A stretch of DNA of 32,093 bases from a virus (IMGVR_UViG_3300012347_000179:1-32093), one strand, 5' to 3'; counted from the stretch's first letter, positions 8,052 through 18,252 are shown. A program made the numbers and translations. Notes: generated by a model from the sequence alone, not told the origin.

Positions 8052-8579
8052 TTATGAACCAACTACTACTGTGAAACCTGCAGCAGTTAAAGTATCTCCG
8101 ATAAAGTTAGCAGGTACTTTTTCTTGTCCTGTTAAACTTAAAGTATAACCTGATAAATCTCCCATTGCACCACCTGTTACAATAGTACCACCTGTTACAT
8201 CCATACCGTGCTGTAAACCTGCGTAAAAGAAATTACCGTTGTTATCTTCTACGATAACTTGAGGGCGACCGTAAGCCAATAGTTTTAATTCTTTATTATC
8301 TTTTGGAGTTAATTTTTTAAATGTTAATTCCAAAACTTGCTCGAAAAACGTTGTTCCGTTTTCTCTTGAGCTATTAACGTTTTGAGTAAAGGTAGAAGCA
8401 CCTTTCAACTCATATTTATAAGCACTTGGAGTACCTGCAACCGCATCGATTACATCCGTATTTGTAGCGTCGTAAGTGTAACCTGTTGCATCTCCGTAAT
8501 TAACGAAGTAAACATTTTTTAAACCACCTACGCTATCTTTACATACTTCCAATCTACCTAAACTTAAATCACAAGCCAT
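8052..8579 (-). CDS. Major tail tube protein
   Basis: MAC...CKDSVGGLKNVYF...ENGTTFFEQ...VEDNNG pattern of Bacteroidota siphovirus tube proteins; flanked by terminators. Confidence 0.75.
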   Translation of the reverse strand: MACDLSLGRLEVCKDSVGGLKNVYFVNYGDATGYTYDATNTDVIDAVAGTPSAYKYELKGASTFTQNVNSSRENGTTFFEQVLELTFKKLTPKDNKELKLLAYGRPQVIVEDNNGNFFYAGLQHGMDVTGGTIVTGGAMGDLSGYTLSLTGQEKVPANFIGDTLTAAGFTVVVGS

Positions 8580-8600
8580 AGTATATATTTTTTAAAAGTT

Positions 8601-8633
8601 AAAAAAAAAGGTGGCGTTTATTGCACCACCTTT
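8601..8633 (-). terminator. Intrinsic terminator after the capsid gene
   Basis: AAAGGTGG...CCACCTTT stem followed by a T run on the minus strand. Confidence 0.8.
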
Positions 8634-8653
8634 AATTAGTTATTTGTTATTAA

Positions 8654-9586
8654 TTATGCTGGAGTGTAAAGTACGATTTCAGAACCTACACCGTATTGAA
8701 CACCTGCAGTAAATCTCATTACAACTCTTACATTTTGACTTCCGTCAATATCTGCCATATCAATTAATTTAACTTCGTTATGGTCAGATAATAAACCTGT
8801 ACCGAAATATAAGTTAGATTTTTGAGCAGCCATCATATAGTTAGAAGCTAATCCGTTAGCAACAAAGATTTTAACACCATCAAAAGAAAGTGAACCATTG
8901 TTAAACCATTGTGTACCTTGTGAGTTAGTACCGTTAGCACCTAAACCTGAAGCAGCAAATCCGCCTAAAGCTCTTACGTAAGCACGAGCTACGTTTTGAG
9001 AAACATAGATATATAAATCTTCTTTTCCGTATAATGCAGATGGAATAGCATCAACTACTTTACCTAATTCAGCAATTACGTTAGAAGCAGTAACTGTAGT
9101 ACCAACTACATCAATAACAGTTGCATCAGCAGTAGCTAAAGGCACAAATCCGTCAAATTGTCCTGCTGTAGCGTTAGCACCTCTCCAAATAGATACTTCG
9201 TTGTTTTCTGCTACTTTAGCAGCAACGTGTCCGATTAAATAATCAGCAAAAGATTTTGGTAAAGTTTCAAAAGCAGACATTCCCATTTCAATAGATTGCC
9301 AAGTACTTGCGAAATCTTTTTTACATAATTCTAAATTTACCTGAAATTCCTCAGGAGTAATAACTCTTTCAGTTAAAGTAACTGTAGAAGTTGCATCAAA
9401 AGCACAAGTAGCATTTTTAACGATAGCATCAGTAGCTAAACGTTGGATAACTGATTTGTACTTTACGTTTGGCATTACTTCAATTCCACCATTTTCAATA
9501 GTAGAAGCTGATAATAATGCAGCTGAAATGTATTTTTTTGAAAATTCACCAGCATAAGTTGTTGTAATACTTGTTGTAGTAGCCAT
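8654..9586 (-). CDS. Major capsid protein
   Basis: 310 aa, follows the scaffold gene; TTTYAGEF...NLELCKKDF...VRVVMRFTAGVQYG. Confidence 0.88.
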   Translation of the reverse strand: MATTTSITTTYAGEFSKKYISAALLSASTIENGGIEVMPNVKYKSVIQRLATDAIVKNATCAFDATSTVTLTERVITPEEFQVNLELCKKDFASTWQSIEMGMSAFETLPKSFADYLIGHVAAKVAENNEVSIWRGANATAGQFDGFVPLATADATVIDVVGTTVTASNVIAELGKVVDAIPSALYGKEDLYIYVSQNVARAYVRALGGFAASGLGANGTNSQGTQWFNNGSLSFDGVKIFVANGLASNYMMAAQKSNLYFGTGLLSDHNEVKLIDMADIDGSQNVRVVMRFTAGVQYGVGSEIVLYTPA

Positions 9587-9602
9587 TTTTTTTAATTAAT
9601 TA

Positions 9603-10166
9603 TTAGTTTGCTATTTTATTCATTACTCTGTCGAAAGTAGTCATTACTCTGTTTTGAGAAAATAACACTTTTTCAACGTTTGGTTTTGCATCAGGGTTGT
9701 GTGTTAAAGGTTGTGCAGACAATTCTACTACTTCTTTTACCTCTACATTTTTCATAGATGCTAATTCCGTTTTTAAACTTTCGATTTCTGACTTTAAAGC
9801 ATCAACATCTTCTTTTGAAAAATGCGACTCTTTAACTGTAGACTCGATTACTTTTTTAGCGGTTGCTGTTTGTGCTGCCTCAACTTCAACTTCTACTTCA
9901 GGTGCTGCTTCCTCTACAGGTGCTTCAACTGCTGCTTCTTTGATTTCTTTGATTTCGCCTTCAACTTCAACTACTAAAATCATTCCGTTATCAAGAGTAT
10001 ACTCACCTACAGGCAATGCAACTCTATCTTCACCATTAACAATAAACACCGCTTGACCTGCTTCAAACATTTCTGCTTCAATTACGGTTCCGTTGTCTAA
10101 TGTCATTTGCTCAAGTTTGATTTCCATACCAAGCAATTTTTTGATTTCTGTAATTACGTTTGACAT
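9603..10166 (-). CDS. Capsid scaffold protein (putative)
   Basis: Acidic, LPVGEYTLDNG motif plus coiled coil; immediately upstream of the capsid gene. Confidence 0.7.
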   Translation of the reverse strand: MSNVITEIKKLLGMEIKLEQMTLDNGTVIEAEMFEAGQAVFIVNGEDRVALPVGEYTLDNGMILVVEVEGEIKEIKEAAVEAPVEEAAPEVEVEVEAAQTATAKKVIESTVKESHFSKEDVDALKSEIESLKTELASMKNVEVKEVVELSAQPLTHNPDAKPNVEKVLFSQNRVMTTFDRVMNKIAN

Positions 10167-10176
10167 ATTTATTAAA

Positions 10177-10208
10177 TTTATTTAAAAACAATAGTTTTTA
10201 ATTGTTGT
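10177..10208 (-). promoter_or_regulatory. Putative late promoter (scaffold/capsid)
   Basis: ACAA-N14-TGTTTTTAAATAAA. Confidence 0.75.
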
Positions 10209-10237
10209 TGTATTTTTAAAAATTATTTATATATTTG
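10208..10237 (+). promoter_or_regulatory. Host-type promoter for the plus-strand three-gene insert
   Basis: TTG-N19-TATATTTG. Confidence 0.7.
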
Positions 10238-10260
10238 TTGAAACAATTAAAACAAATATT

Positions 10261-10491
10261 ATGAAAACAGCAATGCAAGAATTATTTAGCCAATTAGAAA
10301 TTGAGTATCCTAATTTATTTAATACAAACACTTTGGATGGTAGAAAGTTTATAAATGATTATTATAAATTTTTTGAATTGGAAAAAAAACAACTTAATGA
10401 AGCACTTAATTATGATAGACCTTTTTTATGTTGTTGGGAAGATAATTCTGCATTTGAAGAATATTACAATCAAACATTTAAAAATAAATAA
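10261..10491 (+). CDS. Small protein, MKTA...EKKQ...YYNQTF family
   Basis: Resembles 23413 and 31386. Confidence 0.8.
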   Translation: MKTAMQELFSQLEIEYPNLFNTNTLDGRKFINDYYKFFELEKKQLNEALNYDRPFLCCWEDNSAFEEYYNQTFKNK

Positions 10492-10493
10492 TT

Positions 10494-10727
10494 ATGGGAG
10501 ATATTTATAAAGAGCATATAAAAACAGAAGCTTTTAATTTATTTTTTCAGTTTTATAGAGATATTATTTCAGATGAAAAAAAAGCAAAAGAATGTGCTTT
10601 AATATCATTAAAATTTTCTAAACAATCTGATTATAGATTTAAACCTATGTATGGTGGTTGGATATGTGGTATATCTTATTTTAAAGATATAGAAGAAGCA
10701 ATTAAAAATATAAATTATGAAAAGTAA
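10494..10727 (+). CDS. Small protein, AKxCALI family
   Basis: KAKECALISL motif. Confidence 0.75.
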   Translation: MGDIYKEHIKTEAFNLFFQFYRDIISDEKKAKECALISLKFSKQSDYRFKPMYGGWICGISYFKDIEEAIKNINYEK

Positions 10728-10932
10728 ACTTTTACGTAAAATAAGAAATAAAATAACAATAGAAAAACAAGGTACTAAATATTTTTTAATTGATAAGTTT
10801 TTAAATATTGAAAACGAATTTTATAAAAATATTAATTATAAAGAAATTTTACAAATAAGGAGAAATAAAATTTTATATAATGCTTATATATTATATGATA
10901 AAAAAATAAAAATAACTAAAAAAGGGTACTAA
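10717..10932 (+). CDS. Small basic hypothetical protein
   Basis: Overlaps the previous gene and ends in the terminator. Confidence 0.7.
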   Translation: MKSKLLRKIRNKITIEKQGTKYFLIDKFLNIENEFYKNINYKEILQIRRNKILYNAYILYDKKIKITKKGY

Positions 10933-10952
10933 TTATAGTACCCTTAATTTTT
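10918..10952. terminator. Bidirectional terminator between convergent genes
   Basis: AAGGGTACTA-ATTA-TAGTACCCTT perfect stem. Confidence 0.85.
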
Positions 10953-11295
10953 AAACAGATAACAATCTATTTATTATTGTGTCAATAGCGTTTATATTGC
11001 CATTAACTTCTGACTTTGCTTTTTGTACTTTAGCTAATTCACTATCTAAACCTAAATCTTTTATTAATCTTTCTGCTTTATCAAGTTCTTTAATTAATTC
11101 TTTGTTCTTCTTTAAAGAAACATCTGCTAATTTAGCGGCTTGATTCTTTAATTCTAAAGCTTTAATAACTTCTTTATTTGCTTCTGCTAAAGTTCCTTTT
11201 AAATCATCATATATTGTAGCTAATTCAATTTCGTGTTTACTTAATTCAGTTTTAGTAAATAATTTACCAAATACGTTTTTTTCTTGTGGTGTCAT
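10951..11295 (-). CDS. Coiled-coil hypothetical protein (head module)
   Basis: Heptad-rich 114 aa. Confidence 0.7.
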   Translation of the reverse strand: MTPQEKNVFGKLFTKTELSKHEIELATIYDDLKGTLAEANKEVIKALELKNQAAKLADVSLKKNKELIKELDKAERLIKDLGLDSELAKVQKAKSEVNGNINAIDTIINRLLSV

Positions 11296-11298
11296 TGT

Positions 11299-11493
11299 TT
11301 ATCCGTTTACTCTTGTTATTACTCTTACTCCGTTGTTTTCTGTAACGGTTAAACTATCTACTCCTGATGTTTGCCCAATGCCTTGATTTTGTAAATCACC
11401 ATTGCAACATTCTTTACTATAAGTGTTATCATCACATAGACAACCCTTTTTACCATTTACTGGACTTGTTTTACTTTTTGTTTTCGTACTCAT
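11299..11493 (-). CDS. Small Cys-rich head-module protein
   Basis: CLCDDNTYSKECCNG. Confidence 0.75.
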   Translation of the reverse strand: MSTKTKSKTSPVNGKKGCLCDDNTYSKECCNGDLQNQGIGQTSGVDSLTVTENNGVRVITRVNG

Positions 11494-12064
11494 TTATTAA
11501 AGATTTAATTTGTTCAACAATACTTTCGTTTTTACTTAACTGCTTTTTTTCTTCTAATTTATCTGCAAAATAACCCTCAAGGCTAAAACCTTTTACTTTA
11601 CCTGTTTTTACATAGTCATTCCAAATAGCATCATCTTCTACTTTAACCGAAGCCATCCAAGTACCTACAGGTACACTTAAATTATAAATAGCTGATTTAT
11701 CTTTTTCGGTATTTTCAACTATCCAACTTTCAACTACGGTTAAGCCTTTAATTTCTTTACTGTGTTCTAAAGTCCAATTATTTTGGTTGCCATTTTTAAA
11801 AAATAATTGACTTGCTTTATTTACAGTATCTTTTGAAAAATAAATATAATATTCATCTTCTCCATTGCGTCTATAAATTGGCTTTTCAGGAATTAAAACC
11901 GCACCCATTAAAATACGTTTTTCAGTATCTACTTGAGCTAATTTAATTTCTTCAGATTTTAACGCTACGAAATTGGACTCAATAGCAGGTGTAGCTACTA
12001 CACTAATAGCATCTACTCCGCTTAATTCGTCTTTCTCGTCTATTATTAATTCTATTAAATTCAT
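11471..12064 (-). CDS. Prohead protease (XkdF-like)
   Basis: AISVVATPAIE, TLEH, VVESWI, VGTW and VKGFSLEG motifs. Confidence 0.82.
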   Translation of the reverse strand: MNLIELIIDEKDELSGVDAISVVATPAIESNFVALKSEEIKLAQVDTEKRILMGAVLIPEKPIYRRNGEDEYYIYFSKDTVNKASQLFFKNGNQNNWTLEHSKEIKGLTVVESWIVENTEKDKSAIYNLSVPVGTWMASVKVEDDAIWNDYVKTGKVKGFSLEGYFADKLEEKKQLSKNESIVEQIKSLINEYENKK

Positions 12065-12069
12065 ATCGT

Positions 12070-12101
12070 TTTATTTAAAAACATTAATTATTAAATTTTG
12101 T
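12070..12101 (-). promoter_or_regulatory. Putative late promoter (protease operon)
   Basis: ACAA-N14-TGTTTTTAAATAAA. Confidence 0.75.
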
Positions 12102-12107
12102 TATTTT

Positions 12108-14135
12108 TTATCCTATACTTGCGTTACTAACTATATTTCTGTCTAACGCTTGCTGAGTAGTAACTTGGTTAGCAACTACATACGCTTGTACAGGTTGTTG
12201 ACTTCCTAACGTTTGTGCTAATTGATTTACACCTGTGTTACCTACTACGTTAAATTGTGGTGCTGGTGGTGCTGTAGGTGAATCTCCACCTGTACTACCT
12301 GAAGAAGCAGAACCACCGCCACCTAAAGCCCCTAATGCTTTTGTAGTTGCCGATATATTTGCTGCTATTCCAATACCTGCACCTACTTTATTTATTGCTA
12401 TTTCAGCAGCAGATAAAGCTGTACCACCTGGCAACAAAGCATATTTTAATTTAGCCGCAGCATTTGCCGCTTGTGTATTAATTATAATTTTAGAAATACC
12501 TATAGCACTCTCTGCTATTAAAGCCGCTTTTTGTAATCCTTTATTTTTTTCAAACAAACCTTTAAACAAACCTATACCTGCTGAAGCTGTATCTAATGCT
12601 TGGTTTTGTATTGATAACTTTGCCTCTGCAACAGCTCTATCTATTTCAATTTGTTTATCAGCAATTACTTTAGCATCATCTAATTTTTTCTGTGCTTCGG
12701 CTTTTGCTTTTTCATCTTCTGCTAATTTCTTTTCAGCATCTTCTTTATCAAATTTATCTTGTAACTCTTTTTCCTTTGTACGTTGTGCTTCTTTTAATGC
12801 AGTTGTATCTTGGTCGTATTTTGTAGCTTCCTCAATTAGTAATCTATATTGCTCTTGAATTTGTCTTAATTCCTCTGCTCTACGTTCTGCCTCTGTGTCT
12901 ATTTCACCTTGTCTAATACGTTCTAAAGCCTCTGCACGTTCTTTTTCTAATGCAATAGCTTTATCTTTAGCTTCTTTTGCATCATCGTTAGCCTTATCAG
13001 CTGCCTCTTTTCTTTTAGATGCTGCTTCAGTGCCTGCTTGTTTGTCAATATTATTTATAGAAAGTTGTAAACCTGCTCTATCGTTTTTAAGTTTTTCAAT
13101 ACTTTTTAAACTTTCTTTTCTTGTAGCTTCTGCTGCTGCTTTTTCTGCTACAGGGTCAAAAATCAAACTTGCACCTTTATCTAATATTTTACTAAATCCT
13201 GCAGATAAACCAAAATCTTTACCAATAGCAGAACCAATACTATCAATAGTTTTTAATACAGTTTGAAAAGGAATAGTTAAAAATTCTAAAGTACCTTTTA
13301 AAATATCTTTATTTCTTTTAGCTGCTTCAATTTGTGCCTTTGCAGTTATATCATTTTGTACAATTTGGTTTTCAGTTGCTTTTATTACTTGGTCTGTTTG
13401 AGCAATTTTAAGTTTTAAAATATCCTTTTCAGATTTACCTTGTAATTTTAATACATTATCTTGGCTACCTATTGTGTCAAGTTTTCCTTGCTCTGTATCT
13501 AAATTGGTTTGAGCTAATTCATTTAATTTTTCCTGTTCAGCACTTACACCATTAACCGCCTCTTTAATATCATCCCAATAAACAGCAACAGCACCAACTG
13601 CAACTAATAAAAGCCCAATACCTGTAGCTGCTATTCCTGTTCTAATTCCTGCTAAAGCATTTTTAGCAACCGCACCCATTTGCTTAAAACTATCTATACT
13701 CTCTCCTAAACCTTGCAATCCTTGAGATAAAGCCATGGCAGCCTGAAGCCTAACCATAGTTTCCTGTAGGTTTTCACTTTCTACACCTGCTAACGCTAAA
13801 CTTCCCTCTACAGCAGCGAACCCACTTGCAACACCACTTAACGAACCTGATAACGCATTAAATTTAGCATCAGGATTAAACGCATCAGTTAAAGCTTTTG
13901 CATCGCCAATAGCATCTTTTAATTCACCTGCTCTTTTAGCTGCTTCAATAGCCTCTTTTGAAGTTGCTCCAAACTTTTCAGATAACTCTGCTACTTCTGC
14001 TTGTGCTTCTCTTAATTGGCTTTTTAAAGATTGTGTAGCTTTATCCGCACCCTCAATAGAATTAGTTATATTATTTATTCCAGCAGTAGCACCACTACTA
14101 TTTAAATCAATTTCTATCGTTTTTGTAATTGCCAT
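12108..14135 (-). CDS. Tail tape measure protein
   Basis: 675 aa, Ala/Gly-rich helical with a hydrophobic segment and long coiled coils. Confidence 0.88.
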   Translation of the reverse strand: MAITKTIEIDLNSSGATAGINNITNSIEGADKATQSLKSQLREAQAEVAELSEKFGATSKEAIEAAKRAGELKDAIGDAKALTDAFNPDAKFNALSGSLSGVASGFAAVEGSLALAGVESENLQETMVRLQAAMALSQGLQGLGESIDSFKQMGAVAKNALAGIRTGIAATGIGLLLVAVGAVAVYWDDIKEAVNGVSAEQEKLNELAQTNLDTEQGKLDTIGSQDNVLKLQGKSEKDILKLKIAQTDQVIKATENQIVQNDITAKAQIEAAKRNKDILKGTLEFLTIPFQTVLKTIDSIGSAIGKDFGLSAGFSKILDKGASLIFDPVAEKAAAEATRKESLKSIEKLKNDRAGLQLSINNIDKQAGTEAASKRKEAADKANDDAKEAKDKAIALEKERAEALERIRQGEIDTEAERRAEELRQIQEQYRLLIEEATKYDQDTTALKEAQRTKEKELQDKFDKEDAEKKLAEDEKAKAEAQKKLDDAKVIADKQIEIDRAVAEAKLSIQNQALDTASAGIGLFKGLFEKNKGLQKAALIAESAIGISKIIINTQAANAAAKLKYALLPGGTALSAAEIAINKVGAGIGIAANISATTKALGALGGGGSASSGSTGGDSPTAPPAPQFNVVGNTGVNQLAQTLGSQQPVQAYVVANQVTTQQALDRNIVSNASIG

Positions 14136-14257
14136 TTAACTGCTTGTTTAAGTTCTTTTAAATTGTTTGGTACTTTGTGTTTTCCTTTAGCTATATCTAT
14201 AGCTTCGCTTGTTCCAATTTTTTGAAATTCAAGCATTTGTATAATTAATTTAAGCAT
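14114..14257 (-). CDS. Small protein (47 aa, MLKLIIQMLEF...IDIAKGK...)
   Basis: Hand-translated; overlaps both neighbours. Confidence 0.65.
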   Translation of the reverse strand: MLKLIIQMLEFQKIGTSEAIDIAKGKHKVPNNLKELKQAVKWQLQKR

Positions 14258-16703
14258 CTTGTGTTATTACGATTATATCATTATTATTACTTTGTATACT
14301 ATATAATTTTTCTACTCCTGAAGTATTTGCTTTAATATCTATTTCCACATAATTTTCACCATCAGTAATAGTTATTATTTGTCCGTCAGGGTCGTTTAAA
14401 ATACTCCACGTTAAAGGCTCGTTACTTACAGTATCAAATTTCAAAGTTTGTGCTGTGTTACTTGCAAATCTTGGTTGTGAATTATTAAAAGTTAAACTTC
14501 TAAAATCTTGTATCAATTCAAACTTACTTTCAAAAGTATCTAAATCAGTTGTAAAAGAATTTATAATATATCTTTTATCACGTATTACAATTCTATCGTT
14601 TAAACGTAGGCTTAATAGCTCTGAGTAAGGTAAACGCATACTTACCTTAACCATTCTTGATTTTAAAGAATATAAGTTATTTAAATAGTCAAAATAGTAA
14701 TCTTTAAATAATGTATTACTAACGGTATTTAATGTATAACTACTAAATTCTACACCAAAGTTTAACGTATGTATTTGCGTTTGATAACTTACATCTTGCC
14801 CTATAACATTATAGTTTGTTATTTGGTTTGTAGTAGTACCATCATTAAAATAAAAATCACAAACAGCGTTTTCGTATTGATATAAAATAATTGGTTTAGG
14901 TACATAAGCTGTATAATCTGTTTTAATAGCGTAGGCTACTTGTAAATTAGTACCTGTGAATTTATTAAATATAATATTTTCAAAAGGTAGTTTTACACTA
15001 TAATCAGAACCATCAGTATTAAACGGATAAGATAAATCACCATACTCTTTTTGGTATGCATCCGAATAACTTTTATTTAAAATACTTTCGCTTTTCTCGT
15101 AATTAAAATCTACTTTCTTATATGGTTTAATTCTTTCAAAATCAAAATCACTAACGCAATATCCTGAATAATCTTTTATATTACCCTGATAGTACCAATT
15201 CTCTAACTGCTCTAAAGTGTATGTAGTTTCATCATAACTAAACGCTGTTAGGTTAAACATTTTTAATACACCACTAAAGAAATCGGTTACTTTCATATCT
15301 GGCATAAAAGCAGGTAAATCTAAATTTGAAGTTATAGAACCACTTACTATAGTTGCAGATGAAGTATTAGTTGTTGAGCTGTTATTTGCGTAATCGTATT
15401 CTGTAGTACTTGCTGAAATTGTACCTGTATAAGTACACGCCTGAGCAGTACTTAAATAAAATTGAAAGGTTCCATTTATATCACCAACACCTACATAAAC
15501 GTTTGTGCCTGTACCACTTTGTAAATAAAACTGAACACCATCTTTAAAAATAGTTACTTGCCAATTTGTAGAAGTTGAAAGCGTTAAAGAAACAGCACCA
15601 CCATTAAAAAAAGATGCATTACTTCCCGGATTGTTAAACTCGTTTATATCTAAAACGTAGTTATCATTATTGATAGTTAAATTTCCATCATCGTTAGTAA
15701 TACCTGTAAATTCAACTAATACTTTTTGTCCTAATGGATTAAACGCTTCTTTATTCTTTAACCATAAATAAGCCTTTGTAAATCTGCTTTGAGTTAAAAA
15801 GTTACCGTTAAAATTAATGTTATACTTTGAAGCAATAGCATCAAATACCCTCGCTACTTTTAAAGCAGGTGATATTTCGTTATAATGTATATGATGTGAA
15901 TTCTGTGATATATCATTTGTACCACCGCCACCATATTGCCAAACTCTATTACTTGTAATTAAAGGGAATAAAATATCACTATCAGAAGTAGTAGTAATTT
16001 TATTTTGTACGGTTGTACCTGAATAGTTAATAGTATAATCGTTTAACTCTGCAATATCTTTTAATTTATCTTCACCGAATTTATCAGTTAAAGATTTAAG
16101 CACTCCATAAAAAGTAAGTCTATAATCTTCAACACGATTGTTTTTAATTGTAGCACCCTCTAACTGCCATTGCCCTATTCTAAATACTTGCGTGTCAATT
16201 TCAATATATCCGCTATATCTTTTTCTAACATCAAAACCATTATCTAAACTATTTTCGTACCAATGCCTAAATATTTCGTTATTAGTATCACTTGCAGGAA
16301 TTGTAAAACTCTGACTAAAATCTGTAAATACTTTGCTAATATCATTTACATTTTGAATAGAAGAAGTAATACTAATTTTTTCATCGTTAAATAACTCTAT
16401 ACGACTTGCAACATCTATTTCAGTTGGCGTAGGTGCTACTCCACCCAAATCATTAATTATATTTAATAAACAATTTTCTGCCTCAAAAGTACCGCCATCT
16501 ATTTGCACTCTTTTAGCAAAATCACTAATAGTATTTAAAGCAACACCATAAACACCACCTAAAGAATTTATTTGAGATACTAAACAGCTATCAGCTTCAA
16601 AAGTACCACCATCAGCAATTACTCTATCTTTAAATTTGTTTACAACTAATTCTACTGAGTCGTCAATAGTTTTTTTAGTGTATATGTATAACGCTACTTC
16701 CAT
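14250..16703 (-). CDS. Tail tip/baseplate hub protein
   Basis: 817 aa, beta-rich, DFSQSFTIPAS motif, adjacent to the tape measure gene; N-terminal duplicated insert. Confidence 0.7.
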   Translation of the reverse strand: MEVALYIYTKKTIDDSVELVVNKFKDRVIADGGTFEADSCLVSQINSLGGVYGVALNTISDFAKRVQIDGGTFEAENCLLNIINDLGGVAPTPTEIDVASRIELFNDEKISITSSIQNVNDISKVFTDFSQSFTIPASDTNNEIFRHWYENSLDNGFDVRKRYSGYIEIDTQVFRIGQWQLEGATIKNNRVEDYRLTFYGVLKSLTDKFGEDKLKDIAELNDYTINYSGTTVQNKITTTSDSDILFPLITSNRVWQYGGGGTNDISQNSHHIHYNEISPALKVARVFDAIASKYNINFNGNFLTQSRFTKAYLWLKNKEAFNPLGQKVLVEFTGITNDDGNLTINNDNYVLDINEFNNPGSNASFFNGGAVSLTLSTSTNWQVTIFKDGVQFYLQSGTGTNVYVGVGDINGTFQFYLSTAQACTYTGTISASTTEYDYANNSSTTNTSSATIVSGSITSNLDLPAFMPDMKVTDFFSGVLKMFNLTAFSYDETTYTLEQLENWYYQGNIKDYSGYCVSDFDFERIKPYKKVDFNYEKSESILNKSYSDAYQKEYGDLSYPFNTDGSDYSVKLPFENIIFNKFTGTNLQVAYAIKTDYTAYVPKPIILYQYENAVCDFYFNDGTTTNQITNYNVIGQDVSYQTQIHTLNFGVEFSSYTLNTVSNTLFKDYYFDYLNNLYSLKSRMVKVSMRLPYSELLSLRLNDRIVIRDKRYIINSFTTDLDTFESKFELIQDFRSLTFNNSQPRFASNTAQTLKFDTVSNEPLTWSILNDPDGQIITITDGENYVEIDIKANTSGVEKLYSIQSNNNDIIVITQDA

Positions 16704-17719
16704 TAAATTACATCGTTTATTAAACCATAATTAAATTCAAATTCTATTTCGTAATTAATGTTTTTATCTTTTAAATGCGTTTTATAATCTGCACTTTGAG
16801 ATTTTACTACTACAGGTTTATTATCCAATAGTACAACTTCACTCAATAACAAATCTTGAATTAAATCAAAATAATTCTCATCTATCCAACCTGTATTACA
16901 TTTTATTTTTTGTTTACCTTGTTGGTTAAATGTTTTCTTTTGCCCCTGATAAACGTTATAATTTACGCTGCTAGGTAATAGGTTAAAATCTTTAGAAGTA
17001 GTTTCTATTGATTGAGTATTAGCTTTAAAGAATGTAAGAAACTCCCAACCACCAAAACGATTAATAAACGTACAAGTTATAGGAGTATATTTAGGCTCGC
17101 ATAATTGTTCTGCTTTAATTGAATATAATTGTCCTACTCCATCTTGACTTATTAAAACTTCATTACTTGATATTAATATTCTGTACATAGAAGCCTCTGA
17201 TACGCTAAAAGTTTCTACCGTTGTGCCATTATCTACATCATAATCTGCAGGCTCAAAAAACACATTTACATAGTTAGTAGTATAATCTTTTATATATTTT
17301 TTTATACTTGTATTAAACAAAGGTAAAGCTGTATTATTTTCTGAATTATTGTACCCACCTATATAATCTGTATAACCATTTAAACAAACAAAAGTTTCAG
17401 TAGATAATAAAGTATAAGTATTTAAAGTTAATTCAGTATATCTTTTAACTACGCAATATGCCCAAGTTTGCTCATCTTCTTCAGCAGGTACAGTAGTTGT
17501 ATATGTTTTAATAGGTTTAATATATTCTTTTGCATAATTAGCTATGTTGTAAATGTTTTCCGTTTGTGTAGGGCTTGCTATTTTTTTACTTAACGTATAA
17601 GTAGGAATAATTGGCAAACCATCACTTTTATTGTATAAGTATAATTCTACTTTGCTACCTAATTGGTTAGTTTCATTTACCTGTATAAAATACGGACTTC
17701 TAATAAATATCTTTTTCAT
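16703..17719 (-). CDS. Tail protein (distal tail-like)
   Basis: FINRFGGWE...NTGWI...LLLSE motif; located in the tail module. Confidence 0.65.
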   Translation of the reverse strand: MKKIFIRSPYFIQVNETNQLGSKVELYLYNKSDGLPIIPTYTLSKKIASPTQTENIYNIANYAKEYIKPIKTYTTTVPAEEDEQTWAYCVVKRYTELTLNTYTLLSTETFVCLNGYTDYIGGYNNSENNTALPLFNTSIKKYIKDYTTNYVNVFFEPADYDVDNGTTVETFSVSEASMYRILISSNEVLISQDGVGQLYSIKAEQLCEPKYTPITCTFINRFGGWEFLTFFKANTQSIETTSKDFNLLPSSVNYNVYQGQKKTFNQQGKQKIKCNTGWIDENYFDLIQDLLLSEVVLLDNKPVVVKSQSADYKTHLKDKNINYEIEFEFNYGLINDVI

Positions 17720-18252
17720 TATTTTTTGTTTAATGTGTATTGTAAAAATTCTTCAACATCTAAAGCATACGCTTCTACTAATTCATCTGGCAAACGTTCA
17801 AATGCTTTTTCAAATGGTTTGGTAAAAAATAAACTTGGCTTGATACCTTTATGATATATTGACCTTGCAATTAAAAACGATGTATTTTGGTATGATAAAA
17901 ACCTTCCTGATTTATTGTCTTTAAATTGAATACCTTTTTGTTGTACCCATTTTAATATTCCATTTGTCAAACCACCTTTTGCTCCTGTACCACTTCCAAA
18001 CTTAAATGGACTATTGGGTGCTTTATTCGAACTTGTTTTACCTTTGACACCTTTGTCTACAAACTCAGCATAATCTGTGCTTAAAAACGCTAAACGAAAA
18101 CTATTAGCACCAACTTCAATTTCACTATCTAAACTATTGTATAATGCTTTTGTGTTTGTCTTACCTTGTTTAGATAAATTGCTTCTACTCTGCTGAATAA
18201 CGTATTTAGCAAAGTCATTTAAATATTTATATGTTTGTTTAGTATCTTGCAT
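17719..18252 (-). CDS. Neck/tail-completion protein
   Basis: Basic; YAEFVDKG and IARSIYHKGIKPSLFF motifs. Confidence 0.6.
   Translation of the reverse strand: MQDTKQTYKYLNDFAKYVIQQSRSNLSKQGKTNTKALYNSLDSEIEVGANSFRLAFLSTDYAEFVDKGVKGKTSSNKAPNSPFKFGSGTGAKGGLTNGILKWVQQKGIQFKDNKSGRFLSYQNTSFLIARSIYHKGIKPSLFFTKPFEKAFERLPDELVEAYALDVEEFLQYTLNKK

Noticed and set aside
12235-13266. Long plus-strand ORFs (also 2147, 2689, 4281, 6100, 9697, 11367, 17631, 17663, 20321, 21028, 23243, 24263, 24616, 29746)
   Set aside because: They lie antisense within well-supported genes, mostly with non-ATG starts, as expected from codon bias.
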